Origin: Ignavibacteriota bacterium
GTDB lineage: Bacteria > Bacteroidota > Ignavibacteria > Palsa-1295
Length of the DNA stretch: 64,000 bases
Direction: 5' to 3'
Assembly: GCA_963787835.1 (NCBI GenBank)
Contig: CAWBEI010000002.1
Span: 128,001 to 192,000, forward strand
Numbering within the stretch: position 1 is the first letter of the stretch; every line of letters begins with the position of its first letter. The translations under genes were made by a program, and so were the position numbers. This document shows, piece after piece, positions 28,562-37,341 of this stretch. The notes beneath the pieces were generated by a model. It saw nothing but the letters and a program-made list of their open reading frames with translations, made no database searches and was not told where the DNA came from.

Positions 28562-28975
28562 TCATTCGTAGCCGCTTTTGATGACCGTGAGGATCATTTT
28601 GAACCGCTCGTTGGCTCGAAAAATATTGGATTTGTGCGCAGGCAGAACGATACCCTCGCCCGTTTCAAGTAAATTCGATACGCCATCAATGACGATCTCG
28701 GCCTTGCCATCGATGATCTGAGCGAAGCTATCGAACGGTGAGGTTTTTTCCGTCAGGCCTTCACCCGTATCCAGCGACATGACGCTGATATTGCCCGTAG
28801 ATTTCTTGATAATTGTTTTGCTAAGTACTGCATTCGGCACATACTCGATAATTTCCACTATAATTACTCCTTTCGATTTTTCTAATTCATACGAATTTTT
28901 ACTAATGGCCAGGTCTATCATGGGACTACTGACAACTTTTTTGCTTTCTAATTTTATGGGTTCGCTTTTTTTCAT
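28562..28975 (-). CDS. cupin-domain protein
   Basis: SKTIIKKSTGNIS, EKTSPFD, IIDGKAEI and RFKMILTVIKSGYE motifs. Confidence 0.85.
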   Translation of the reverse strand: MKKSEPIKLESKKVVSSPMIDLAISKNSYELEKSKGVIIVEIIEYVPNAVLSKTIIKKSTGNISVMSLDTGEGLTEKTSPFDSFAQIIDGKAEIVIDGVSNLLETGEGIVLPAHKSNIFRANERFKMILTVIKSGYE

Positions 28976-28993
28976 TTTAATAGGAGCAATGCA

Positions 28994-29596
28994 TTATTTA
29001 ACGAAGAGCAAATTGTAATTCAAAACCAGCACATCGCCAACCTTCATCGTGCCCAAAAGGAAAGATGGTCGCTGGATATTATAATCTGAGAGATAGAGCG
29101 GCAGCGAGCCGGTGCATAAGATCGTGCCATCCTTATTGATGCACGCCGACGTTTTTAGTGTAGTAGGCTGGGTCACACCAGCCATCGTAAGATTACCATG
29201 AAGTAAGATCAGATAATGCTCGCTTCCACTTTTTATGAACATAGCAGAAGTCAGTTCAAAAACGATGTCCTTGAATTTATCCTCTTTTAGAGCTTTATAA
29301 GCACTCTTTTCCATTCCACGGTCTTCACTCATGAGATTGTGTACCGGCAAATTCAAGGAAAATTCCGAAACCGCACGTAGCTCATTATTCTCGCCGAAGC
29401 TAAATTTCGCAGAACCCGTGAACGCATGAGCAGTCATGCCCCAGTTATGCAACGGAGCAGTTCCTTTGATATTGATGACCGAATTGCTATCGACCGTGTA
29501 ATTCGTTTGAGCATTTGTTGCATGAGGAAATGCAAAGCAAATCGTAAAACCGATGAGGAGGATAACTTTAAGTCTTACGATAGTGTCCGTTTTCAT
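28994..29596 (-). CDS. YceI-family lipid/polyisoprenoid-binding protein
   Basis: Signal peptide, GTAPLHNW and GNLTMAGVT motifs. Confidence 0.85.
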   Translation of the reverse strand: MKTDTIVRLKVILLIGFTICFAFPHATNAQTNYTVDSNSVINIKGTAPLHNWGMTAHAFTGSAKFSFGENNELRAVSEFSLNLPVHNLMSEDRGMEKSAYKALKEDKFKDIVFELTSAMFIKSGSEHYLILLHGNLTMAGVTQPTTLKTSACINKDGTILCTGSLPLYLSDYNIQRPSFLLGTMKVGDVLVLNYNLLFVK

Positions 29597-29603
29597 TAGA
29601 TGG

Positions 29604-29672
29604 CAAAAATACGGAGATCATCATCTGAAAGTGTTACAAAATTTTAGAAAAAAGTTACATAATTCACACATT
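29604..29672 (-). promoter_or_regulatory. 69-bp operator/promoter module P3
   Basis: AATGTGTGAATTATGTAACTTTTTTCTAAAATTTTGTAAC-N21-TATTTTTG. Confidence 0.85.
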
Positions 29673-29685
29673 TTTCAAATTACGA

Positions 29686-30459
29686 TCACTTTGGTGACGG
29701 TTCAGGATTCTTCCCATAAATAATGACCTCTGTTTCGACAGGAGTTGTGCGAAACAACTCGTCAGCAGCAAACATCGGAAGCCGGATGCAACCGTGGCTC
29801 CCTGGTATCGAAGGGACGCTGGGTTCGCCGTGTACGGCAAAACCGCCCGTAATGTACATTGGGTCGAACATAATCCCCAGTGGACTTTTTTTCCAGCCCG
29901 TCACTTTGTGATAGATCTTAAATTTCCCGCGCGGCGTCCTGGCATATTCATTACCTTTTCCGGGATAATGGAATCGCTGTCCCGTGCCGGTCGAAACCGG
30001 CAGAACATGTACGACTCGATCGGTCGAATCCACAACGAGCAGGACTTGATCGTCGAGATCGACTTCAAGATGATACGCATGGATAGAATCGTTTGGAACC
30101 GGAATAGATGAGCACATTATTTCCGCGATCGTCGAATCCGTAAGTGTCCCCGTTCGCGATAGGCCGGAAAGCTTCTGAAATGCTACAATTGCCTGACGGT
30201 TTGCATCTTCCTTAGGCGAATAGGTCTTGCCGGCCCAGAAGTGAAGTTCGTAAAGCTGTGCGATAGCATAATCAATCCTCTCGTTTTGCAGAATGTTCGC
30301 AAATTGTCTTGCTACTGTTGACGATGCTGAATCAGCATGCGATGACTGTTGAGCAATCGCAGGATAGCTGCAAAGTACAAAAGAGAGTAAAAGAACATAC
30401 CGCGTAGTTCTCAGCATTAATTCGTGGATATACTGGAAGGAGATTGATGGCAGCATCAT
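29686..30459 (-). CDS. L,D-transpeptidase (YkuD) with peptidoglycan-binding domain
   Basis: AFQKLSGL..TG, VSTG, TPRG, AVHG and SHGCIR motifs. Confidence 0.9.
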   Translation of the reverse strand: MMLPSISFQYIHELMLRTTRYVLLLSFVLCSYPAIAQQSSHADSASSTVARQFANILQNERIDYAIAQLYELHFWAGKTYSPKEDANRQAIVAFQKLSGLSRTGTLTDSTIAEIMCSSIPVPNDSIHAYHLEVDLDDQVLLVVDSTDRVVHVLPVSTGTGQRFHYPGKGNEYARTPRGKFKIYHKVTGWKKSPLGIMFDPMYITGGFAVHGEPSVPSIPGSHGCIRLPMFAADELFRTTPVETEVIIYGKNPEPSPK

Positions 30460-30483
30460 GGATGATGTGCATCATGGTTGATG

Positions 30484-30708
30484 CTATGGCGCGACATTTT
30501 CTGGGACAGGCTGGCGCCGCTGACCACGCGGGCCTACCGACAGATCTTCACTCGCGATATAGATCACCATGGCAGTAACCATAAGGACTAAGAATACCCA
30601 AAAGCGCCAATCATGGTGAATGCGTCTCCATCGAGGCCGATGTGCTTCGATGGTGCTGTCGGTGCTTGGCCTTCCGGACTCGTTGTGATGATGTTTCGAA
30701 TTTTTCAT
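30484..30708 (-). CDS. small single-TM protein
   Basis: HHDWRFW followed by a hydrophobic helix. Confidence 0.6.
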   Translation of the reverse strand: MKNSKHHHNESGRPSTDSTIEAHRPRWRRIHHDWRFWVFLVLMVTAMVIYIASEDLSVGPRGQRRQPVPENVAP

Positions 30709-30727
30709 TGATTGATCCGATGGAGTT

Positions 30728-31327
30728 TTATTGAACGAAAATCAAACTATATGTCAAGGTAAGAGCATCGCCAACCTTCATCGTGCCAAGCATAAATGAT
30801 GGGCGCTCGATACCATAATTCGAAAGTAATATCGGCACCGTACCGCTGCATGAAATAGAGCCATTCGAATTTACCGTCGCTAATACGATCAATGTGACCG
30901 GTTTCGTGACACCCGCAATCATAAGATTACCCAGCGCAGTTATTTTATACTTGCTTCCACCCGATGAAGTGACCGTAGCGGATGTGAGCCTGAATGTAAT
31001 GTTTGGGTTCCTATCTGCTTTGAGCGATTCATAAGCGTTGGAGTTCATTCCGTCGCTTTCGCTCTTGAGGTTATGGACCGGCAAACTGAGAGAAAGCGCG
31101 CTTATCGAGCTCAGTTGCTTGCTCGATGAAAGGCTCATCGTTGCATTGGCCGTGAACGAATTAGCTGTCATGGTCCAATTGTGCAGGGTCGAGGTCCCTG
31201 CGAGCGTCATTGCCGAATTGGAACCTATTTTATAGCTTGTTTGCGCATTCGATACGTTTGAATATACAATGCAAAGTATAAGAATAACGAGAAGGATCAC
31301 CGCCTGTATTAAATTTCGGTCTTTCAT
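30728..31327 (-). CDS. YceI-family protein (paralog of 28994-29596)
   Basis: GTSTLHNW and GNLMIAGVT motifs; shared RPSF.LGTMKVGD tail. Confidence 0.87.
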   Translation of the reverse strand: MKDRNLIQAVILLVILILCIVYSNVSNAQTSYKIGSNSAMTLAGTSTLHNWTMTANSFTANATMSLSSSKQLSSISALSLSLPVHNLKSESDGMNSNAYESLKADRNPNITFRLTSATVTSSGGSKYKITALGNLMIAGVTKPVTLIVLATVNSNGSISCSGTVPILLSNYGIERPSFMLGTMKVGDALTLTYSLIFVQ

Positions 31328-31384
31328 AATTTATTATTAGTTGTAATATTGAAGTGGAGTTTTAATACCTATTGAAATACTATT

Positions 31385-32152
31385 TTAACGTGCGGCATAT
31401 CCGCCATCGATCACTAACTCCGAACCGGTCACGAACTTCGATTCGTCGGAGGCGAGGTAGAGGATCCCGAAGGCAATATCGTCCGGTTCGCCCAAATGAC
31501 CGAGCGGATGCAATGCCACCAATGCCGCGCGGACTTCTTCCGCTTTGCCGTCTGTCTTAGCGAAATTCTCCACCATTGGCGTCCAAATAAATCCCGGATG
31601 CACCGAATTTACCCGAATTTTTTTCTTGGCGTAGGTCAGAGCATCGTTCTTGGTCATGATCATAACAGCTCCTTTTGATGCATGATACGGCGGGACATCT
31701 GCGGCACCCACGAGACCGTAGATCGAGGAAAGATTGATAATGCTGCCACTACCCACCTTCAGCATATATGGGATGGTATGCTTTGTGCAAAAGAACACGC
31801 CTTTGACGTTCACATTCATAACCTTATCCCATTCTTGCTCCGTAAGCTCGTGGGTTGGTTTGTCCACACCGATAATTCCCGCGTTATTCACGAGTACATC
31901 TATTCGTCCCCACTTTGCAGCAATTTCCCCAATTACTTTGGCAACTTGGCTTTCATTCGTGACATCCAAATGCCAAAAGGCCGCTTCACCACCAGCATTA
32001 TGTATGGCATCGACGGTGCCATTTTCTTGGCTAACCGAGACATCGGTAACAGCGACTATTGCGCCTTCCTGTGCCAAAAGAATGGCCGTTGCACGGCCAA
32101 TGCCCAACGCTCCACCGGTTACGATCGCTACTTTATTCTTTACTCTGTTCAT
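31385..32152 (-). CDS. classical SDR oxidoreductase
   Basis: TGGALGIG, NNAG, YHASK and HPG motifs; start at ATG 32152. Confidence 0.92.
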   Translation of the reverse strand: MNRVKNKVAIVTGGALGIGRATAILLAQEGAIVAVTDVSVSQENGTVDAIHNAGGEAAFWHLDVTNESQVAKVIGEIAAKWGRIDVLVNNAGIIGVDKPTHELTEQEWDKVMNVNVKGVFFCTKHTIPYMLKVGSGSIINLSSIYGLVGAADVPPYHASKGAVMIMTKNDALTYAKKKIRVNSVHPGFIWTPMVENFAKTDGKAEEVRAALVALHPLGHLGEPDDIAFGILYLASDESKFVTGSELVIDGGYAAR

Positions 32153-32189
32153 TATATTATTTATAAAAAGTACTTCTATGACTACGCAG

Positions 32190-32258
32190 CAAAAATACGG
32201 TGGCAACCTTCAAAAAACGTTGCAAAATTTTGGAAAAGAGTTACATAATTCACACATT
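32190..32258 (-). promoter_or_regulatory. 69-bp operator/promoter module P4
   Basis: AATGTGTGAATTATGTAACTCTTTTCCAAAATTTTGCAAC-N21-TATTTTTG. Confidence 0.82.
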
Positions 32259-32301
32259 CTCATCTAAAGCCTTGAAATGGGTATGATGCCTTCCTTTTCA
32301 T

Positions 32302-32514
32302 CTACCAATTTGTCCGCCGCCGAACAGATTTTCGGACTTCCTCCTCACCCTGCTCTGAAAAAGTTCTTCGCAGAGCAAATCTCGTCTTCATCTGATGTTC
32401 AAGTAATGAGTGGATATCCTCATTCGAGATCGGATTCTCGTCCTTTTCGTGAGCGGTATTACCATCCTGTGCCGGCGGTTGGTTTTCTTCAGTTTTTGAT
32501 GGTTCGTTGTTCAT
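32302..32514 (-). CDS. small hydrophilic hypothetical protein
   Basis: 70-aa ORF; the only candidate gene between P5 and P4. Confidence 0.5.
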   Translation of the reverse strand: MNNEPSKTEENQPPAQDGNTAHEKDENPISNEDIHSLLEHQMKTRFALRRTFSEQGEEEVRKSVRRRTNW

Positions 32515-32633
32515 TGCGTTCAGGTTGATTGAAGAACACGCGTTATCGTATGTTCAAAAAGATTGAAGATTGCGCTCGCGTGGGTTATTGAAGCAATGTT
32601 AAACCCGTTGAAACAATCACGATTACTACAAAA

Positions 32634-32702
32634 CAAAATTACGGCAATGGCCTTCAAAAGAGGTTACAAAATTTTAGAAAAAAGTTACAAAATTCACACA
32701 TT
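32634..32702 (-). promoter_or_regulatory. 69-bp operator/promoter module P5
   Basis: AATGTGTGAATTTTGTAACTTTTTTCTAAAATTTTGTAAC-N21-TAATTTTG. Confidence 0.85.
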
Positions 32703-32805
32703 TGCTTTTCTGACAGCACTGGCTGTAACGAAGTGGAAATCCTTACTGTTGGAACCATCCTAATCATTAGATAAAAAAATTCTTAATACCTAATCCCAAT
32801 CTTTT

Positions 32806-33903
32806 ATGCTGACGGAAATAGCGGTAGCGGATCCAGTGGCAGACCTCATCGTGTTGCAACCGCAGCAGCGACATTATCTCATTCCTATTGCTATTGCGAG
32901 CGTGGTGGTCATCGGAGTGCTGCTTCATTTTGTCAGCAATATCTTTTTGTCCATTATTACCGCGCTGTTCCTGGCAAATATCTTTATGCCGCTCGTCAGC
33001 GGGCTTCGCACACGGAAGGTGCCGATGATAATCTCAATTTTATTGGTGCTGGCGCTGGTTGGCGGCTTGTTCTTTGGAATTGCAAAAATTATCGGCGTGA
33101 CGGTTGAATCCATCATTCTCGTGATGCCGAAATACGAAGCAAAGTGGGAAAATGTATTATTGCCCCAAATCGCGGGGATCCTTGGGAACATCTCCGATGG
33201 CATGAGGAAGCAAGCGATGGATTTTAATCTGACATCCCTTGTACCATCTAACGAGATGGGTTCAGCGCTTTCTTCCGCCACGAATCTTGTGAGCGGCTTT
33301 GCTATTATTCTTCTAGCGATGCTTTTTATTTTAGCAGCGAATGGCCAGTTTAAGAAAAAGATCGGAATAGCATTTCCGAAATCAGGTTCGTTACAACTCA
33401 CGCAGATCATACAAAACATTGAACGAAGCGTTCGGCGCTATTTAGTTACAACACTGATCCTGAACACTTTAGCCGCAGTCACAATGACCGTTGTTCTGCT
33501 TCTTTTTGGTGTCGATCTTGCGTTCCTGTGGGGCATCCTGACTTTTTTACTGATGTTCATACCCACCTTTGGCGGATTATTTGCTATTGTACTGCCCGTC
33601 TTAGCAGCATTCCTGCAATTCGACACCGTAAGCACTCCGATTCTTCTTGCCATCACGGTGATCGTGACTCAACTTATGATCGGCAGCGTTCTTACTCCGC
33701 GCGTAATGGGTTCGACGCTCAATATTAGTCCCTTGCTTATTATTGTATCGATCATTTTCTGGGGATGGGTATGGGGACTGCTTGGGATGATCCTTGCCGT
33801 GCCGATCACCTCGACCATCGCCATCGTCTTTCAAAACATTCCCGCTCTTACGCCAATCGCGGTGCTGATGAGCACCGATCCGGGAAAAGTCCGTTGGTAT
33901 TAA
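32806..33903 (+). CDS. AI-2E family transporter
   Basis: Multi-TM protein with FIPTFG, PRVMGSTLNISP and WG..GMILAVP motifs. Confidence 0.9.
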   Translation: MLTEIAVADPVADLIVLQPQQRHYLIPIAIASVVVIGVLLHFVSNIFLSIITALFLANIFMPLVSGLRTRKVPMIISILLVLALVGGLFFGIAKIIGVTVESIILVMPKYEAKWENVLLPQIAGILGNISDGMRKQAMDFNLTSLVPSNEMGSALSSATNLVSGFAIILLAMLFILAANGQFKKKIGIAFPKSGSLQLTQIIQNIERSVRRYLVTTLILNTLAAVTMTVVLLLFGVDLAFLWGILTFLLMFIPTFGGLFAIVLPVLAAFLQFDTVSTPILLAITVIVTQLMIGSVLTPRVMGSTLNISPLLIIVSIIFWGWVWGLLGMILAVPITSTIAIVFQNIPALTPIAVLMSTDPGKVRWY

Positions 33904-35549
33904 AAACCAACAACCTTACCGATGGATTTACGGAGTGCTAACCATATGAATTGGAAGAACTCTTCATCTCTCGAATAGATATAGGTGGTTGTTCCTGAGA
34001 TCGCTTTGTTGTTCCCGTTATCGACGTTATTCGTGCGAAGCACAAACGTATTCGCAATAAATGATTGAATGCCTTCGAAAATACCGCTGTGATCTTTGAC
34101 TTTGGTTGTAAGCACATTCATTGAAACATCTTCATAACGCGGTGCGACCGTGGTTATTCCAGTTCCAGCGTGAACATCCATTTGTAATGCTCCGCCTAAA
34201 CATTTTCCTTTCATTATCTCTTTTCGCTCGTTCGTAACGAGATAGGAGTTCAGAGACGTTACATCGAACGGCCCGACGGTTGCATCGATGTGAAGATCGA
34301 ACTGCTTTTGATGTACCGGATACACAACCGTCCCCAATACTTTTCCTTGCCCCATAAAAAATGCACTGACCGCAAAATGCAGGGGCTCGCTATAAAGCGA
34401 ACTTCTAGTATCGGTACAGAATGGATGCTCAATAACTCGGACTTGCGTAAACGTTAACAAGCTTGCGTGGGTACTTCCCGTGACACGTTCCCGGTGATGA
34501 ATCGTCCCCTTGTTGAAAATGATCGAATCGAGCGTGATGGGCGCTTTGATCGAACTAATGACCACATTGGGCAATACTGCATTCGGAGGGTGCGGATTTT
34601 TCGGTTTGCGGAGATCGCCATAGTAGTCCACGAACCATGATTCTGCCTCCAGTGACCGGACATGAAGCCCACCGCCCGCGAGCAGCTTCGTGAAATTGAT
34701 GCCGCGAATATGTAATCCGGTACATTGGAAATCCAGCCTTCCCTGGGCATATTGATGCAGATCGGCAAAGGCTTGTTCGCTATAATTGGGCTTGTACTCG
34801 AAACTATCGATCGTTACAAGCGAATCCGATAAACTACCGTGGATACCTCGAACTTCGATAGAATATGTGCTATCGCCGATAGAATAGCTCCCGGTAGGGA
34901 GTTCAAATCCTGCATTCTTAGAGAACAGTGCCGATTCGCCAGCGTTGCGACTTGGATCGAGAGAAAAATCGGTTAGCCGGATCGTAATGTTTCGATAAGA
35001 TGGCACCATGTCATTTCCGGATGTCTTCGGCAGGAACACACTAATATCACGTAAGACAATACTATCGAACGAGATAACGGGCACATCCGAAAGCGCAAAT
35101 TTCTTCGCTGCAACGAATTTTGGAATGCGTGGTAGCGTGATCCCCGTATCAATATCGGTCATGTATAGCTTTGGTGCGTTCAGCTCCAGGGTGCTCAAGT
35201 TCAAATCTTTTTGCCAGAGCACGTCCCACCAATCGATGCCTTCGAACCTCGCGCTATCGAGCGTGATCCGTTCGAGCACCACGCCATGCTCACCGCTATC
35301 GTAGGCGATGCGGTAAAGAATGAAGGTATTGCACTCCAGCGTGCCATGCTTGTAGAAGATCTTATCTAAGGTAAGTGCAAACCTGCCGTGCGTTGATTTC
35401 AGCACAGCTTGTTCTATTTTTGGAATGACGGCTTTATTAAGTGTACTTTCAAAATAGAAGGTGAGAAAAACCCAAATTGCAAGCAACACCACAACAACGA
35501 TCGAGCCGAACGTGTAGAGGATCGGCTTGAGTAGCGATCGTTTTTTCAT
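33900..35549 (-). CDS. AsmA/DUF748-like membrane-anchored beta-rich protein
   Basis: N-terminal TM, beta-rich body, SFIANTFV and FFQFIW..LRKSI C-terminus. Confidence 0.6.
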   Translation of the reverse strand: MKKRSLLKPILYTFGSIVVVVLLAIWVFLTFYFESTLNKAVIPKIEQAVLKSTHGRFALTLDKIFYKHGTLECNTFILYRIAYDSGEHGVVLERITLDSARFEGIDWWDVLWQKDLNLSTLELNAPKLYMTDIDTGITLPRIPKFVAAKKFALSDVPVISFDSIVLRDISVFLPKTSGNDMVPSYRNITIRLTDFSLDPSRNAGESALFSKNAGFELPTGSYSIGDSTYSIEVRGIHGSLSDSLVTIDSFEYKPNYSEQAFADLHQYAQGRLDFQCTGLHIRGINFTKLLAGGGLHVRSLEAESWFVDYYGDLRKPKNPHPPNAVLPNVVISSIKAPITLDSIIFNKGTIHHRERVTGSTHASLLTFTQVRVIEHPFCTDTRSSLYSEPLHFAVSAFFMGQGKVLGTVVYPVHQKQFDLHIDATVGPFDVTSLNSYLVTNERKEIMKGKCLGGALQMDVHAGTGITTVAPRYEDVSMNVLTTKVKDHSGIFEGIQSFIANTFVLRTNNVDNGNNKAISGTTTYIYSRDEEFFQFIWLALRKSIGKVVGF

Positions 35550-35597
35550 TTTTGTAACGGTAGGATTATTCAGCGAGTGGCTAATTTACCACCAGTA

Positions 35598-35666
35598 CAA
35601 AGATATGAAATTCAACCGAAAGACACGTTACAAAATTTTAGGAAAAAGTTACAAAATTCACACATT
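35598..35666 (-). promoter_or_regulatory. 69-bp operator/promoter module P6 (overlaps the araC stop codon)
   Basis: AATGTGTGAATTTTGTAACTTTTTCCTAAAATTTTGTAAC-N21-TATCTTTG. Confidence 0.85.
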
Positions 35667-36218
35667 CTCAAGTCCACCCATCCTTTTATGCTTGATATTC
35701 TTAAAAAAGGTAGGAGTGAGTCCGGTGATCTTCTTAAATTGATTCGAAAGCGCTGCTACGCTGCTATAATGAAGCCTGTACGATATTTCTGTGAGCGAAA
35801 GCTCGTCGTAAATAAGCAACTCCTTTGCTCGTTCGATCTTATGCTTGATAATGAATTGCTCGATCGTCGTGCCCTCGACTTCTGAAAACATATTGGCAAG
35901 ATAGGTATAGTCGTACTTTAACTTTTCGGTTAGGTGATCGGACCAATTTATTCTCAGTGCTTCGTCGGAATAATGGATGGTTTCGATGATAACCTGCTTG
36001 ATCTTTTCGATCAAAATAGCTTTCTTATCATCCATCAGCTCCAGCCCGGACCGTTTTAAGACACGGGTCAATTCGATGCGTTGCGCCGGAGATATAGGTC
36101 CTGGAATCTCCACTTCTCCAAGATCGACGGTGGTATAAGGAAGGCCGAGGGTTTCTAACTCGGCGATCACCACCATCTTGCACCGGATGCTCACCATGTA
36201 CTTAACGTACAGCTTCAT
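35658..36218 (-). CDS. AraC-family transcriptional regulator with short HMA-like N-domain
   Basis: YDYTYLANMFSEVEG, LSLTEIS..L.YSSVAALSNQFKKITGLTPT motifs. Confidence 0.93.
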   Translation of the reverse strand: MKLYVKYMVSIRCKMVVIAELETLGLPYTTVDLGEVEIPGPISPAQRIELTRVLKRSGLELMDDKKAILIEKIKQVIIETIHYSDEALRINWSDHLTEKLKYDYTYLANMFSEVEGTTIEQFIIKHKIERAKELLIYDELSLTEISYRLHYSSVAALSNQFKKITGLTPTFFKNIKHKRMGGLENV

Positions 36219-36289
36219 TCCGTTATTTAAATTATTATTTTACCCCAAGCCAAATACGAGTGGTTTGGTTCGCAGAAAGGCTGAGATGC

Positions 36290-36730
36290 TTAATTCTGGA
36301 TCATATAGGCGCTCAACCCCTGGCGCAGCCGGTCGGGTATCCGGCGCGGGCGCAGCGAAGTCCGGCCAACCGTCACCAGAACGCAATGGCCGGTAACCAG
36401 CACTTCGCCCAATTTCCCTTTGACCGAATGTTTACGCGTGATCTCGAAGTGAAGTTCGATCGAACTATTCCCGAGATGGGTCGCCCAAATTTCTGTGGTG
36501 AGCAAATCATCCAGAAACGCAGGCGCTTTGAAATCGCAATGAAATTGAGCGCGAACCGGATAGACGTCTAACTCATCGAATGCGCCGGAATAGGGCAGGC
36601 CCATTTCACGATACAGCTCCGTCTCAGCGATCTCAAAAAAGCGGACATAGCTGCCGAAATAAATTATTCCCGCGTGATCGACATCCGACCAGCGAACTCG
36701 CTCCTCGATCGAAAAATGCTTTCCAGCCAT
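36290..36730 (-). CDS. YbgC/FcbC acyl-CoA thioesterase
   Basis: VRWSDVDHAGIIY...YVRFFE motif. Confidence 0.88.
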   Translation of the reverse strand: MAGKHFSIEERVRWSDVDHAGIIYFGSYVRFFEIAETELYREMGLPYSGAFDELDVYPVRAQFHCDFKAPAFLDDLLTTEIWATHLGNSSIELHFEITRKHSVKGKLGEVLVTGHCVLVTVGRTSLRPRRIPDRLRQGLSAYMIQN

Positions 36731-36782
36731 GTATTCTCGGTTGCTTTAAGTAAAAAGGAATCTTCGGCTAACAAAAAGATGG

Positions 36783-36880
36783 GATAAAAAAAACCCCGGG
36801 TGGTGAGAGTTACCCGAGGTCTGATTGAGTTGTGTTGTGTCTTCAAAAAGCCGGAGGTTGTCCCTAGACCCCGGCTAACT
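36783..36880 (-). other. two tandem hairpins each followed by a U-tract (terminators or sRNA 3' end)
   Basis: Minus strand: agccggggtc...ctccggcttttt and cctcgggt...acccggggtttttttt. Confidence 0.5.
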
Positions 36881-37341
36881 CTTATGCTATGAAGCTTATC
36901 TTCTGCTTTCTAACAAACGTTTACGCCCGATACGGATTCGTGTTACACTTTGGGTTGAATTTCTGCGAAAATCTCCTGTTTTTTCTTTTAGAAGTGTTCA
37001 ATAATGGACTCGTTATGGCATATTTGAGCAATTCCCGGGCCAATTCAGCTTGGACAGACTTTTAACGTTTATCGTCAGTGCAATCACCCTGAATTCTACA
37101 ATATCAGACACGCTTATTAACACGCGAACCTGAAAAGTGTTGCATTAAAAGTCATCTCTTTTGCAATATTATTTGAAATTAATATTCCCAGTTGTCTCTT
37201 TTCCAGGACGTGTTGGGAAATCGACAGCCCCCCATTGCTTCGAAGCACACTCTAAAAGAAGTGATTCAGAAAAGAGAGGCTTGCTCGCTCGGAATTCTCT
37301 CACCGATACAGAAGTTGTCGATCCTATTAGAGGATCAAACT

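Noticed and set aside
26446-35666. The 40-bp repeats as a CRISPR array or integron-like recombination sites
   Set aside because: Spacing is irregular (0.4-3 kb), the repeats are not palindromic, and no cas or integrase gene is present. The invariant distance to a TAnnTTTG box fits promoters better.
26471-35885. Plus-strand ORFs containing CYKILEISYIIHT or LQNFRNKLHNSHI (26471, 26904, 32563, 35527, 35577)
   Set aside because: These are translations of the operator DNA in varying frames, not a peptide family.
17080-36290. The island as a mobile element
   Set aside because: I saw no integrase, transposase, tRNA or flanking direct repeats. It is called accessory only from gene content and AT-rich spacers.
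36900-36960. A seventh operator copy (gtgttaca near 36940)
   Set aside because: Only a partial half-site, with no second repeat or correctly spaced -7 box.
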